DNA from: Octopus vulgaris
Taxonomy: Eukaryota
Length of the DNA: 64,000 bases
Assembly (NCBI GenBank): GCA_951406725.2
Contig: OX597821.1
Location: forward strand, 82,770,001 to 82,834,000
Direction of reading: 5' to 3'
Below the pieces are notes generated by a model. That model worked only from the letters and a program-made list of their open reading frames with translations. It had not been told where the DNA came from and ran no database searches. The position numbers and the translations under genes were made by a program. Below, in pieces: positions 25,050-38,462 of this stretch (positions are counted from its first letter, which is position 1; each line of letters starts with the position of its first letter).

Positions 25050-27378
25050 TAGTAAGGAGTGGCTGTGTGGTAAGTAGCCTGCTTACCAACCACATGGTTC
25101 CGGGTTCAGTTCCACTGCATGACATCTTGGGCAAGTGTCTTCTGCTATAGCCCCGGGCCGACCAATGCCTTGTGAGTGGATTTGGTAGATAGAAACTGAA
25201 AGAAGCCTGTCGTATATATGTATATATATATATGTATGTGTATATATGTTGTGTGTCTGTCTGTGTTTGTCCCCCCAACATCGCTTGACGACCGATGCTG
25301 GTGTGTTTACGTCCCTTTAACTTAGTGGTTCCGCAAAAAGAGACCGATAGAATAAGTACTAGGCTTACAAAGAATAAGTCCTGGGGTAGATTTGCTCGAC
25401 TAAAGGCGGAGCTCCAGCATGGCCATAGTCAAATGACTGAAACAAGTAAAATAATAAAAGAGTAAGCATAGACTTGTAGTTACTTCACTAAAAACCGGGC
25501 TTTAAATATTTTTTATAAGGCAATTGTGGTCCCAGTGACTTTAGAACTCTGCTGGTTGTGGAATGTGCAAGCTTGACTCATATTGGAAGTAATGTTGCTA
25601 TATATGGTCGTAGTTTTACGTGGGGCTGCCAGATTGAATTACAAGCTGCAGATTATGCGACTTTTCAGGACTGCATGCTGTACATTCTTCAATTTGGGTG
25701 ACTTGCTACTTTAAAAGTTAGAATCATATTTAATATATTAAATTGGGTTGGCAAGCTGGCAGAATCATTAGCACACTGAGCGTAATGATTAGCAGCATTT
25801 CATCCATCTTTGTGTTCTGAGTTCAAAGCCGAGGTCAACTTTGCCTTTCGTCCTTTCACGGTCTATAAAAATAAGTACCAGTTGAGCTGTGACGTTGATC
25901 TAATCAATTTAGTCCTTTCTCTGAAATGTCTCACCTTGTATCAAAATTCAAAACCAATATCGTATTAGATTATTAACTAGCATATAGGCGCAGGAGTGGC
26001 TGTGTGGTAAATAGCTTGGTTCTGGGTTCAGTCCCACTGCGTGGCACCTTGGGCAAGTGTCTTCTACTATAGCCTCGGGCCAACCAAAGCCTTGATGCTG
26101 GTGTGTTTACGTCCCTGTAACTTAGCAGTTCGGCAAAATAGGCCGGTAGAATAAGTACTAGGCTTACAAAGAATAAGTCCTGCTCAACTAAAGGCGGTGC
26201 TCCAGCATGGCTAAAGTCAAATGACTGAAACAAGTAAAAGAGTAGCAGGAGTGGCTGTGTGGTAAGTATCTTGCTTACCAACCACATGGTTCCGGGTTCA
26301 GTCCTACTATCTGGTACCTTGGGCAAGTGTCTTCTACTATAACCTCAAGCTGACCAAAGCCTTGTCGGTGGATTTGGTAGACAGAAACTGAAAGAATATG
26401 TATAAATTTGTGTGTGTATATGTCTGTGTTTGTCCCCCTATTATCACTTGACAACCGATGCTGGTGTATTTACATCCCTGTAACTAAGCGGTCTGGCAAA
26501 AGAGACCAATAGAATAAGTATTAGGCTTACAAAGAATAAATCCTGGGGTTGATTTGTTCGACTAAAGGCGGTGCTCCAGCATGGCTGCAGTCAAGTGACT
26601 GAAACAAGTAAAAGAATGAATAGAATAAAACTGATTTACAGGTATGGCTGTGTGGTTAAGAAGCTTGCTTTGCAACCACTGCACAGCACCTTTATGAGTA
26701 AATTTGATCGATGGAAACTGTGTAGAAGCCTGTCATATATATATGTATGTGTATTTGTGCCTGTTTGTCTCCCTTTTACTCACCACTTGAAAACCAGTGT
26801 TGGTTTGTTAACATCCCTATAACTAAGCAGTTCAATAAAAGGTGACTGATTAGAATAAGTACCAGACTCAAAAATAAGTCCTGGTGTTGATGTGTTCAAC
26901 TAAAACCCTTCAAGGCTGTGCTGTAGCATGGCCACAGTTTAATGACTGAAGAAAGTAAAAGGTAAAAGATATCTTTAAAAATTTGCTGACAATAGGTGCA
27001 GGAGTGGCTGTGTGGTAAGTAGCTTGCTTATTTGTGTTCAGTCCCCCTGCGTGGCACCTTGGGCAAGTGTCTTCTACTATAGCCTCGGGCCGATTAAAGC
27101 CTTGTGAGTGGATTTGGTAGACGGAAACTGAAAAAAGCCCATTGTATATATGTATATGTATATATGTATGTGTGCATATGTTCGTGTGTCTGTGTTTGTC
27201 CCCCCAACATCGCTAGACAACCAATTCTGGTGTGTTTATGTCCCCGTAACTTAGTAGTCCGATAGAATAAGTAGTAGGCTTACAAAGAATAAGTCCTGGG
27301 GTCAATTTGCTTGACTAAAGGCGGTGCTCCAGTACGGCCACAGTCAAATGACTGAAACAAGTAAAAAAGTAAAAGAGA
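25050..27378 (+). mobile_element. Cluster of about five co-oriented SINE family A copies
   Basis: Heads at ~25050, 25985, 26243, 26640 and 26993, each ending gactgaaacaagtaaaa or a close variant. Confidence 0.8.
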
Positions 27379-28134
27379 ATATTTTTATTTTGGGTTACAT
27401 TCTAACATGATCCGTCACTATTTTGAAAATTTTGTGACATTTTTCATGAAATTGATCTGGCAATTCTAATTTTACGTAGTCAGTGACATTGACTAGCGAA
27501 AAGGTTATGTGGTATTTGTTATTACACAAGGCTGACAGTTATTGTAGAATGAATTGAATTAACACTGCTTAACAATTAGGCTTACATTTCATTTATAAAA
27601 GTAAAATGTTAAATCATGAAGCAGAAAGACTTCTCTCTGGGTGGATTTGTACTTGTTACTAAGAAATATTCATTCATTTGAATCACAATTTATATAACTT
27701 TTCTCTGTTACATCTAATTTTCTTTTGTATACTTTATTTATCTAATAATACTTACTTAGTCAGTAAATGAGTTTAGAATAATATCCAGCACTAAAACACT
27801 ATTTTAGAATTTATGAAGAAATCAGGCATTGTGTTGACTTAATTTAGCCATATAAAAGCTCTGTTTATTACTCTTTTACTTGTTTCAGTCATTTGGCTGT
27901 GGCCTTGCTGGAGCACTGCCTTTAGTCAAGCAAATCTATCGGTCTCTTTTGCCGAACCGCTAAGTTACAGGGACGTAAACACATCAGCATCGGTTGTCAA
28001 GTGATGATGGGGGACAAACACAGACACAAACATACACACACACACGTTTTCTTTATGTGCTATAAAGAAAATAAAGAAGTAATTCTGCCTCCAACTCAGT
28101 CGTGTTTTGCTTTCTTTTTGTGTGTGTTTTAAAT

Positions 28135-28495
28135 AATAATGACATTATTGTATACAGTGCTCAGGTGCACCACAACTTGTCAGAAAGTGCGTATTAAGCA
28201 TATGCAGTAATGTACAAATGTCTGGAAAGCGAACAGTGTATGAGTCAGATACATGCTTGTGTGTGTATGGAGGGGAGAAAATCAAGTGTAGTGTTGGCGA
28301 ATGTAGGAAGCATGGAAGTTTTGAAGGATGCAGTGCTCTAACAACTGATGCTGGCAGTTTGTTCCATGCTTCAGCAACTCTCAGCGTGAAAAAGTGTTTC
28401 CTGAAGTCATGGAAGGAGCTGTGCTGTTTTCTGACTTTGTAAATATGTCCACGGGTGTTAGATGGGTGGAGTTTGAAAAGGTGCTCAGAGTTTTA
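28135..28495 (-). mobile_element. CR1-clade LINE 3' fragment
   Basis: Minus strand reads TRGHIYKVRKQ...FRKHFFTLRVAEAWNKLPASVV, the CR1 ORF2 C-terminal signature. Confidence 0.8.
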
Positions 28496-28576
28496 CTACA
28501 TAAACGTCACTAACTGCCTACCCTGAGTAATTACTAACGGCATGTGCCTGGTATGTATATATACGTATGTATGTAT

Positions 28577-28611
<35 letters not shown>

Positions 28612-28857
28612 CTGACAATATATTGACTGATGACCTATTAGTTGACTGTATGAGAGCTCATAAACAAGTAGACTGAAGTTTGATGTCATCTAGGTTAACT
28701 ATGAGTGAGTTAGTGGCAAAGGAATGACTGCAAGTTTGTCTGTGACACAGGGCTTGACTGCATGTTAGTTGATGACCTGCCAACTGATAACAGATAAAAA
28801 GTGTTAGAAAAGGAGTTTGCTGAGTCATTGGTCATTGATTTCTATCTCTACTTTTAG

Positions 28858-28953
28858 GAAACCATAATGCCGGAATCCTGCAGTCTTCCGTTATAACTCT
28901 ATACGTCATCTTCCTGACATGGACAGCTTTATCCAGTGAACCTCCAACTGATG
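28858..28953 (+). CDS. SERINC5: SERINC5-like exon 7 (phase 1/1)
   Basis: ttttag|(R)NHNAGILQSSVITLYVIFLTWTALSSEPPTD|gtaggt; GLLQS...YxxxLTWxA..SEP motif. Confidence 0.93.
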
Positions 28954-29986
28954 GTAGGTAATGTTTTTGCTTGGTCTCCATTGTTTTTATGTCTCATAAA
29001 GTAACAAATACTCAGGTAAGGTGTGTAAAGCAAGAGCTAAATTTTGGGTTATGTAAGTCCATCAATCTTATAGTCTTATGCTAACTGTGCATGACAGCAA
29101 TTATAATTTTCAACTCGGTGTGTGACCAAGGCCATCCTTCTAGCTATGTCTCATCACATACATCACGTAACACAAGTCCCACAAACTTTTAACTCCTAAA
29201 AAGTGCACTCACATCTGTTATGCCACTGTAAAGTTATAAATACTGTTTAGCCCATTCAGCATTCAGATTATTCTGTCAAATGTAATGCTTATTTAATCAT
29301 ATTGTTTTGAACTAATCAGACCTTATCTAATCTAGCTTTGAGATTTTGATGATCTGATTGCTTATTTTTAGAGTGAAGTTATTGGGTAAATGGCAGCGGC
29401 CACATCTTATCAGTTTGAACATAAAACAGGTAGAATATTTTGGCCGGATATGGCCAGTTATAAAACCCCTTGAAAAAGCCATTCATGACCAACAACTGGG
29501 ACTTGTTTGTCCCTCAAAGGAATGAATGTTTTCGTGCACCACTCATCTGGTAGAACAGTGGTTGTCAACCAGGGTCCGTATGGCCTCTGGGGGTCCATAT
29601 AAGATTTTGGGGGATCCACATAAGCAAAATAGTAAACTGGAGTTCTACAATCGTATTTTAAGGGCCTCTGAAAAGATTTTGCTTTAGATGTATGGGTAGA
29701 AAATGAATTTCTCTTCCTGGCTGAGATTCAGAATCGAATCAAAAGTTCCCTCTTACCTTTCCATCTATTGTTCTGTCAATAAGGGAACATTGATTAATGT
29801 ATTTCCCTCTTGACCTGTGAACCATGAGTATCATAGAAAGTTCACAGACAATAACAGTTGGCCTACATTGACCCACATCTTGTTCTCAATGGTATGCACA
29901 TCCATGTAGCTGTTGTGTATATGGTTATGAATACAATCATTTGGAGAGACAACAGACAAAGAGCAGGCTGACTGGTTTGAAATACT

Positions 29987-30221
29987 TATTTCTTTACTGC
30001 CCATAAGGGGCCAAACATAGAGGGGACAAACAAGGACAGACAAAAGGATTAAGTCGATTACATTGACCCCAGTGCATAACAGGTACTTATTTAATCGACC
30101 CCGAAATGATGAAAGACTAAGTCGACCTCGGTGGAATTTGAACTCAGAACATAGTGGCAGACGAAGTACCGATAAGCATTTCACCTGGCGTACTGACATT
30201 TCTGCCAGTTCACCGCCTTTT
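29987..30221 (-). mobile_element. MetaSINE-like SINE family C with TSD
   Basis: Core GTCGACTTxGxCTTTCATCxTTTCGGGGTCGATxAAxTAAGTACC; 18-bp TSD tgactggtttgaaatact (29969-29986, 30222-30239). Confidence 0.8.
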
Positions 30222-31259
30222 TGACTGGTTTGAAATACTGTCTCAACAGAATGTCATAGTGGAACAGCTACGGAATTCATCAACGATACAGTTGTCCTGT
30301 CCACCCATCTCTTACTTCCTCATTCATTCACTTTTTCTTCGACTTGATCTATTTAGTTACGGCTGCTAGAACAACAGGGAATAAGTAAGTCCAATGCTAT
30401 CTACCCTTTTACACGAAAATATAACTCTTGTAACCTTGTATGCTATCTGATGGCTTTTATACAGGCCTACCCATCTTGGTTTGGTTTTAATTATATGTAA
30501 TGGAGAAATAAATATGGTATCGACAACTTTGGCCACTGTCTTTCTTTCATGGAATCAACATCATCGTCTTGCAACATATGCATTATCCTTTAGATATGTA
30601 AAGGTATATATTGCAAGAAACAGATTGGCTTCTTTCTCTAGCATTTTTCATAGTTCAACCCACAGAAGTTAATATATGAAAAACAAAATAGGAATTTTGA
30701 AAGAAGTCTCTATAAAACTAGCTTTTCAACATCGGATGCCTATGAAGGTCCATAGATAAAAAATGGTAATCCCTGCTGTAGCCTGGTCCTGCCATAGCAA
30801 ATTATCATTACCTCTGCCTTAACAAAGGTGGAGTATTGTTTCCAATCATGTTTGTTTGTCCATGGACAAGATATCTCAAGAATCAATGGCTGGATCCGGA
30901 TGAAACTTTCAGAGATGTTTGGCTTCATGACTAGCATGAACTGATTAGATTTTGGGATCGATCTGGTACCAGACAAAGATTCTGGATTATTTATTCCTGT
31001 TTTCATCGATCTTCACATTCTGAGTTCAAATTCTATTGATGTCAGCTTTGCCTTTCATTCTTTTTGGTCAATAGAATAAGTACCAGTTGAATACTGGGGT
31101 TGATGTAATCGACTTATCCCCACCCCTGAAATTGCTGGCTTTGTACCAAAATTTGAAACCTAATTTTATTAATTAGAAATTTTTATTATTATCAAAGATA
31201 GAAATCATCATCACCATCATTATTATTATTTATTTATTTATTTACTTTTTTTTTTGCAG

Positions 31260-31434
31260 TATCCTTGTCTGACACAATTCTTCCCAAGAATTCCTTCAGT
31301 AAGGTCTTGTCCAGCTCAGACATCGCTGGTAATGATACATTGTTGTACAGGTGCCGTCCCATCCCTGTCATCAGTGATGACATATCGGCCTATGGTGGAT
31401 TGGTGCTTATGATTGCCCTAGCCCTTTATTCCAG
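31260..31434 (+). CDS. SERINC5: SERINC5-like exon 8 (phase 1/2)
   Basis: ttgcag|(V)SLSDTILPKN...CRPIPV...GLVLMIALALYS|gtcagt. Confidence 0.88.
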
Positions 31435-31489
31435 GTCAGTTATGCTTTGTTGATTTAGAATTCTGGTTGGGCGAATTTCCTTGGTCTTG

Positions 31490-31740
31490 TTATGATTGTT
31501 GTTAGTGTTTGTTGTAACTGTTGTTGCTGTAGTAGCATTGGTAGTTGTTGTCATAACAGTTTTCATTATGATGATTGTTGTGGTGATGGTAGTGTTTGTT
31601 GTCATAGTGATAGCAGCTGTCATGATGGTTCTAATGCTTGTTGTTCTGACTGTTGTAAGTTTCACTTTTGCATTGCCGGTTGTGTGACGGTTGTGGCAAT
31701 GGTTGAATGTTTGTTGTTGTGATTGTCTGGTTGTGATGCA
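31490..31740. repeat. Degenerate (GTT/GAT)n trinucleotide tract
   Basis: Low-complexity sequence giving spurious poly-Val/Thr/Cys ORFs. Confidence 0.85.
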
Positions 31741-33489
31741 TTCTTTTCTATCTGTTACGATTGTTTGTATTATATTTTGTATTTGTTTTATTTTTTGCCT
31801 ATGAAGCCTATACTTCATACATGCTTCCCACTGCATAAATACTTTCACATGTGCACACATAGCTTTTCATCTATACATTCACCCACGAACACACTTTCAG
31901 TCATCTTTGTTGACATAGTTCCACCCACCCTCCATACATCAACTAACTTAACCAGCTACTAACAGTGTCACATCTCCCATAACACTAACTTTAATGTCTA
32001 CTTATTAATTATTGAAAACAGCAATAAGCAGTATACTCCTGATTAACATGCCTCGTCTATCAATGACATTGTTTTATATGTGTGAAGAGTATGGGTTTGA
32101 TCTGGTATCTATCAGACACTAGAATAATGTATTTATCATCATTTGACGTCTATATTCCATGAGGCATGGGATGGACGGTTTAACAGGACCCAACTACCCT
32201 GAGAATTGTGTTGGCCTCCAATGTCTGCTTTTGCATGTTTCCTTGGTGACCAGTAAGGTCAGCAAATGATTCATAAGACTAGATCCCTTGAGCAAATGGG
32301 AATATACAATGGAGTTGGTTTTGTGCCTCGTGTAGAAAGGCTTAAGTAGGAATAAGGGACTCATGTATCTTGCTGCAGAGGAGATACATGGTTAAACATG
32401 GTATTAGGCTAAGCAGATCCTGGTGACTTGTTAAATAAGAACAGAATTAATTTGTTTGAATCTCAGCTTATGCTGTCATGCTGAAAAGGTCACTGCTGAC
32501 CTAATTTTCCAGTGAAACATTCTTTGAATATAGATAGGAGTTAACTTGTGGTTATTATTTTAAAGTTAGTTTATGAATCACACTGGATTGTTTATTGTTG
32601 GGTGAACTTAATACTGAGAGAAAGGAAACATTTATTGAATCCTTGTATTCATTTACATATTCACAAACCACTGTACTCGTGTCGTAGTACCAGTTCGGTG
32701 TGGGTTGTGAATGTCTGTCCAGTGACTCTGTATTCTTATGTAAACAAACTGCGTCAGCAACAAATTATGCTTTCATTTTAATTAAATAGCATTCCATAAC
32801 TATCATCAACATTTTAGAGTTGAGCTATGAGAGAATTCTGTTGTATAGTTAAATAACAATCGAACTGATTGACTCAGGTCTCATCTGAAGCTGCTGAAAA
32901 AATCTCTCATTACTTAATTTTGCAGTGAAACTAAACACATATAAAATGTGTCTGTATCTTTACATAAATTCTTGGGAATTGGTTTGAAAACCATTGCATG
33001 CATTTTGTTTTGTGTTTTGAATAGAACACTTTACATGTTTTTAAGTCCCAAGAATAAACAGCAGCTCATCTGAGAATGGTAAATGTGATATAAGTAATTT
33101 TGTTATCCAGGGGAGGGTTACTGTCTCTCATCTGTTCAACATTGTAAACGTAGAATTGGGCCATGGAATTTCAAAGCCCTTTTCAAATATGAGCCTATTA
33201 AAGTGCTGATATGTGGTTGTTCTTTCTGTTAGAAACAATGGTCAAATCTTCTTCAAACTACTCTCTGCTATCTTAAAAATGAAAGGATATATTGGATAAT
33301 GAATTATATACTATTTACAGTATGTTTGAATAGAGGAGTGGATGGTTATGGCTGGATTGTCTTTGATTACTGGTTTTTTCGAACAACAATGATATACATT
33401 CTTGGTCTTTAGGAAACCATTTCATTTCATTACATTATTAATAATCGGTTTAGAAGAGATATAATTTTTATAATTATTATTATTATTAT

Positions 33490-33915
33490 TGAGTGAGAGA
33501 GCAGTGCATACCATCAAGATAAATGGTGCTTGCCCTTGTAAGTGGGGCCCAGTTAGAATTTTCTTCAGGTTGAGTATCCCATCACACTCAAAAAGTTCCT
33601 GAATAAGGTTTGTTTAAGGATGAGGAATATAGCAGCCATGTTTCTAGAAGTGAATTATTCAAACCCCAAAGGATCCCTCTCAACACGTGGCTATGATGCT
33701 CCCCTACTAATCTTGCTTGTGATAAAAGATGCACATATCATCAGTCACTAAAGATCATGCTCAGCTGGTTAAGGTCAAGCAATTAACAAGCAAACATGTG
33801 GTATTGAGTATTTGCTGTAGTCCATCTTTTACACCAAGACAAACACATTAACACTTCCAACCAGTTAAGATCAGAGGCCATGAGAGCCACTGCCTGCTAC
33901 TACTGCATCAGGCTA
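33490..33915 (-). mobile_element. Unclassified interspersed element ending in (TAA)n
   Basis: GC-richer block flanked by ATT repeats; retroposon-like 3' end; only one copy in the window. Confidence 0.4.
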
Positions 33916-34111
33916 TTTTCTTCCTCTTCTTATTGTTATTATTCTGGCCCTTAGTCTGAATTTGTTGTCTATTTGGGTTGGAGAACATTATTTTAGAACA
34001 ACTCTCTTTACATTTGTGTAACATCTGTTTCTGAATGCTTGCATGGAAAAAACAAAAATTGTTGTGCAATGTAATACAATTGGTTATGTTTCTTTTCTTT
34101 CACCTTCTCAG

Positions 34112-34163
34112 CCTCACATCTTCTGGTCAGTCCTACAAACTGAAATATAAAGCGAAGGAAAAT
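34112..34163 (+). CDS. SERINC5: SERINC5-like exon 9, 52 nt (phase 2/0)
   Basis: tctcag|(S)LTSSGQSYKLKYKAKEN|gtaaat; phase-compatible, resembles the SERINC5 'LTS' exon. Confidence 0.82.
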
Positions 34164-35805
34164 GTAAATATACTTCTTTCTTTCTGTCTTTCAATCATTT
34201 CTCTGTTATAATTTTTGCACAGGTTATTAAATTAAATATCAGCAGACAACAAGTTGAGATGTTAACAATTCATATATTTTGTCATTGCTGTTATACTGTG
34301 TATATTGTCAGGTTGAACTTTCAACAGTCAGGCTCCTCTGACTATACAACCATTGGCTGGTATGATTTACTACTGTAAATGAAGCAATGCACATACAATC
34401 TATTTTCCTCACTAAAAGATTAAGTCTTCTGCAATAATTCTGAACTAAAAGAGTTTGTGGTCATTATATATCTACCATGGTTGATTTGGTAGGATGGTAA
34501 TAGCATCATAACTGGTATGTTCCAATTACAAACATATACTGGAATTTGTTATTCCAAATGAACTTTAATTAAAGAAGCCTTCCATTTTTCTCTGAGCTTG
34601 AATAGAATATTGAATAGAATTGAATGATTGATTCTGGTATGGAATATTCAAATGACCAATCAAGATAAATGACTCCAAACTTAAGATAATCAAATTCTGT
34701 ATCAAACACATACAGAAATAATGAACTAAATTCCATGTCAGTTATAAGGGAACTAAGAGATCATCAAAACGTTTTCAGCTTAGACCTTGTTATAATCATC
34801 ATCATCATCACCACCATCATTGTCATCATAGTCATCATCATATTTTACATCTGTTTTTCTAGCTGGTATGGGTCCTGTGCAAATCCAGCATTTCTTCCGC
34901 AAAGTTTTGAATTGAAATTTCACTAGCTTTCTTCTCTGTATTTCATCTTACCAATATTATTAAAATAATCACCAGTAACAAGGCCCAATTACTGTACGAG
35001 ACAACTGAACACTTGCTAATAGGTTCAGATTTTTACTTTCGTCAAGTGTGTAATACTCCAGACTTAAGTATGTAATATTGGTTGCCTCACTTTACTTAAT
35101 CCTTTTACATTTAAACCGGCCATATCCAACCAAAATATTCTACTTGTTTTATGTTCCAACTGGCCAGATTTAGCTTCTCAATTCCTAATCTAAACTGTTA
35201 TTTCAAACATAATCACATCATTGATATCTCAAGGCTACAAGACAATGCAGGATAAATTCAAAACAATGAGAATTAATGAGCATTATATTTGACAGAGAAA
35301 TCTGAACACTAAAGGGTTAAATTGATTTAAAACTTAAACACATAGTAACAAATTTCAAAGATCTACCCAGTATTTGACTGGTACATTATTTTATCAACCT
35401 TGTGTGGATAAAGAGCAAAATCAACCCTGGTAAGATTTGAACTCAAAGACACAAAAGGATATAACTAGATCCACTACCTCCATATAATAATCATCATTTT
35501 CATCATCATCATCGTTTAGTGTCCGCTTTCCATGCTAGCATGGGTTGGACGGTTCAACTGGGATCTGGGAAGCCAGAAGGCTGCACCAGGCCCAGTTTGA
35601 TCTGGCAATGTTTCTACGGCTGGATGCCCTTCCTAACGCCAACCACTCCATGAATGTAGTGGGTGCTTTTTACGTGCCACCGGCACAGGTGCCAGACGAG
35701 TCTGGCAAACGGCCACGATCTGATGGTGCTTTTTATGTGCCACCGGCACGGGGGCCAGGCGAGGCTGGCAACGGCCACGAGCGGATGGTGCTTTTTACGT
35801 GCCAT

Positions 35806-36680
35806 AAGGCCAGCAGTTTTAAGGGGAGAGTGAAGCTGATTACATCGACCCCACTGCTCAACTGGTACCTCATTTTATCAACCCCAAATGATGGAAAACA
35901 GTGTCAACTTCAACTGCATTTGAACTCAAACTGTAAAGAACTGGAAAAAATGCCACTTAGCATTTTGTCTGGCACTGTAATAATTTTGCCAGTCTCCACC
36001 TTTTTGGTACAGGGCCAGCAAGTTTGAAGGAAGGGATCAGTTGAATACATCAACCCTATTGCTTAACTCGTACTTATTTTATTGACCTGTGAAAGGATGA
36101 AAGGCAAAGTCGACCTCGGCAGAATTTGAACACAGAACATAAATCCAGACAAAATACCACTAAGCAGTTAGTCCAGCATACTAATGATTCCGCCAGCTCA
36201 CTATTTTTAATAATAATAATAATAATAATAATCCTTTCTACTAAAGGCATAAGGCCTAAAATCTGAGGTGAGGGGACTAGTTGATTATATAGACCCCAGT
36301 GTTTCACTGGTACTTAATTTATTGACCCTAGAAGGATGAAAGGCAAAGTCGACCTCGGCAGAATTTGAACTCAGAACATAGCGGCAGACGAAATGCTTCT
36401 AAGCATCTCGCCCAGTATGTTGATGATTCTGCAAGCTCCCTGCCTTTTTAATAATAATAATAATCCTTTCTATCATAGGCACAAGGCCTAAAATTTTGTA
36501 GGAGGGAGCTAGTCAATTACATCAGCCCCAATATTCCACTGGTACTTGTTTCATCAACCCTGGAAAGATGAATTGGTAAAATCAACCGTTGCAGAAATTG
36601 AACTCAGAATGTGAAGCCAGAAAAAAATGTTGCAAAGCATTTTGTCCAAGATGTTAACAATTCTACCAGATTGCCATTTT
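35806..36680 (-). repeat. Head-to-tail array of ~4 SINE family C units, partly separated by (TAA)n
   Basis: Repeated gatgaaaggcaaagtcgacctcggcagaatttgaactcagaa at ~230-250-bp spacing. Confidence 0.8.
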
Positions 36681-37077
36681 TGCACTATATGCAATAATAA
36701 TAATAATAATCAGGAAGTGAACAATTGATACATTAATGACACCTCTAGCAACAAGCTGAGTATGTCAGATATAATCATCATCATCATTATGATCATAATA
36801 ATAATAATGTTTTTATAAATTAATGGCTAAAATATTGCCTGGTCTGCCATATATGGCTTGCTAGAGCTCCATCAAGAAGCTTATTAATGTGCTTCATAGA
36901 AATATAGTTATATAAATAACTGTTTGAACAAGCAAACTATCAGACTTATTGTGAAAAATAGGAAAACAGATTTAGCTATTACACAGCTTTTAACTAATAA
37001 TCTTGTGCTGACTCCAAAAAAATTAATTTTGGTTATATTCTTTCCCTACTTATTTTTATTTCTTTATTTATTTCCAG

Positions 37078-37114
37078 TCTGAACAAACTTCATGTTGTTG
37101 TTGTTATAAAAACC
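37078..37114 (+). CDS. SERINC5: SERINC5-like exon 10, 37-nt Cys-rich micro-exon (phase 0/1)
   Basis: Long U-tract ttccag|SEQTSCCCCYKN(R)|gtaagt; required to keep the frame between exons 9 and 11. Confidence 0.85.
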
Positions 37115-38164
37115 GTAAGTTTTACAGTTTCGTCTTATTTTTGATTCTCTTTCATATCATGACTGTTATGTACTACTACTACAGATACCCAGACATCCAT
37201 ACAGTTTGTAGCAAAATAAGATATCTCTGCTGCAGATGTTACATTAGATAATATGGTAATCTCATGATTAAGCTTTATCAGATAAAGAGTTTTTCCCCAA
37301 ACATTTCTGTTAGATTCCAGTATTTTTTTCAGATTTTTAATTTGAAAAATTGCTTTGATTAATTCCCCTTCTGTCATAGCAACCCTTTTCTCGAATACTT
37401 TAATCACTACCTTCTTAGCATAAAGCCAACTACTCCACCCAAACCACCACTTGAGGTTGGTAGTCCTGCAAACCACCACTTGGGGTTGGTAGTCCTGCAA
37501 GCTGCCTGATAACCTTACTGATAGCAGTGATCTGAAAAAGAACATCCACTACAAATTGTAAAGCAGTCAATATTAGGAAGGTCAACTAGCTATAGAAACC
37601 ATACCAAAGCAGACATTGGAGCATGATGCTGTCTTTGGACCTATCAGATCCTGTCAAACCATCCAGCCCATACCAGAATGGAACATGGACATTACATGAT
37701 GATGATGAAAGCAATCTTGTCCATGAGATACTTAGTTCTTTCTCAAAGACAAATCAATGAAAGTTATCTGTATCCCACTGCAATTCAGAGATCATTAACA
37801 ATGTAGTTAATGTGCAAGAAAGATTTCTAGTTTGTACACATTAGAGAGCTGATTTCAGCAGTAAACAAAGATGTGCCATGGATTGTTTGATCTGAAAGCA
37901 AACAATGATTCATAACTGACAATCTTCAGTTAAGTTACATTCACTCACTTAAGCCCTTCACTTCCCATGGAACATAGGCCACCGACAACTTTTCTCCACT
38001 GTTCTCAACTCTGGGCTACCTTTTCCCCGAGGAAAGGCCTTTCTCTCCCATCCTATTGGTTTTGAATTCTCATCAATGCTTCTGTAACTTTGCATTTTTC
38101 TAGGCAGTGTTGTTGGCCCTATGCAATCCATTTTTACCTCTAGTAAGAGGTGATCCATATTAAA

Positions 38165-38462
38165 GACCATGAATGACCATGGGGTTGCACCTAGAAAGTT
38201 ACCCACCAAGACACAAGTCCAGGCAAGGTTGTTTATGGAAGACCAGCAGTCACCCATGCATTGCTGTTATTCAGAGGAAAGGCAAAAGCCAATACAGCTT
38301 GGAACCAGTGATGTCACGACTCATTTCTACAGCTGAGTGAACTGGAGCAATGGGAAATAAAGTGTCTTGCTCAAGAACACAACATGCAGCCCGGTCCAGG
38401 AATCGAACTTGTTACCTCATGATTATGAGCTTGAGACTCTAACCACTTAGCCATGCACCTTC
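38165..38462 (-). mobile_element. tRNA-derived SINE family D (V-SINE-like core); partial copy at ~2975-3228
   Basis: Minus-strand head TGGCTAAGTGGTTAGAG...GTTCGATTCC; core CTTGAGCAAGACACTTTATTTC...CACTCAGCTGTAGAAATGAG. Confidence 0.7.

Noticed and set aside
31426-31860. Thr-rich, Val-rich and Cys-rich ORFs
   Set aside because: Degenerate (GTT)n tract in an intron.
35545-36027. 160-aa ORF and many similar LDALPNANH / CHAVGLNP ORFs
   Set aside because: Recurrent translations of RTE-tail and SINE repeats.
35806-36680. CRISPR-like or regularly spaced repeat array
   Set aside because: Eukaryotic SINE units of ~230-250 bp with no unique spacers and no cas genes.
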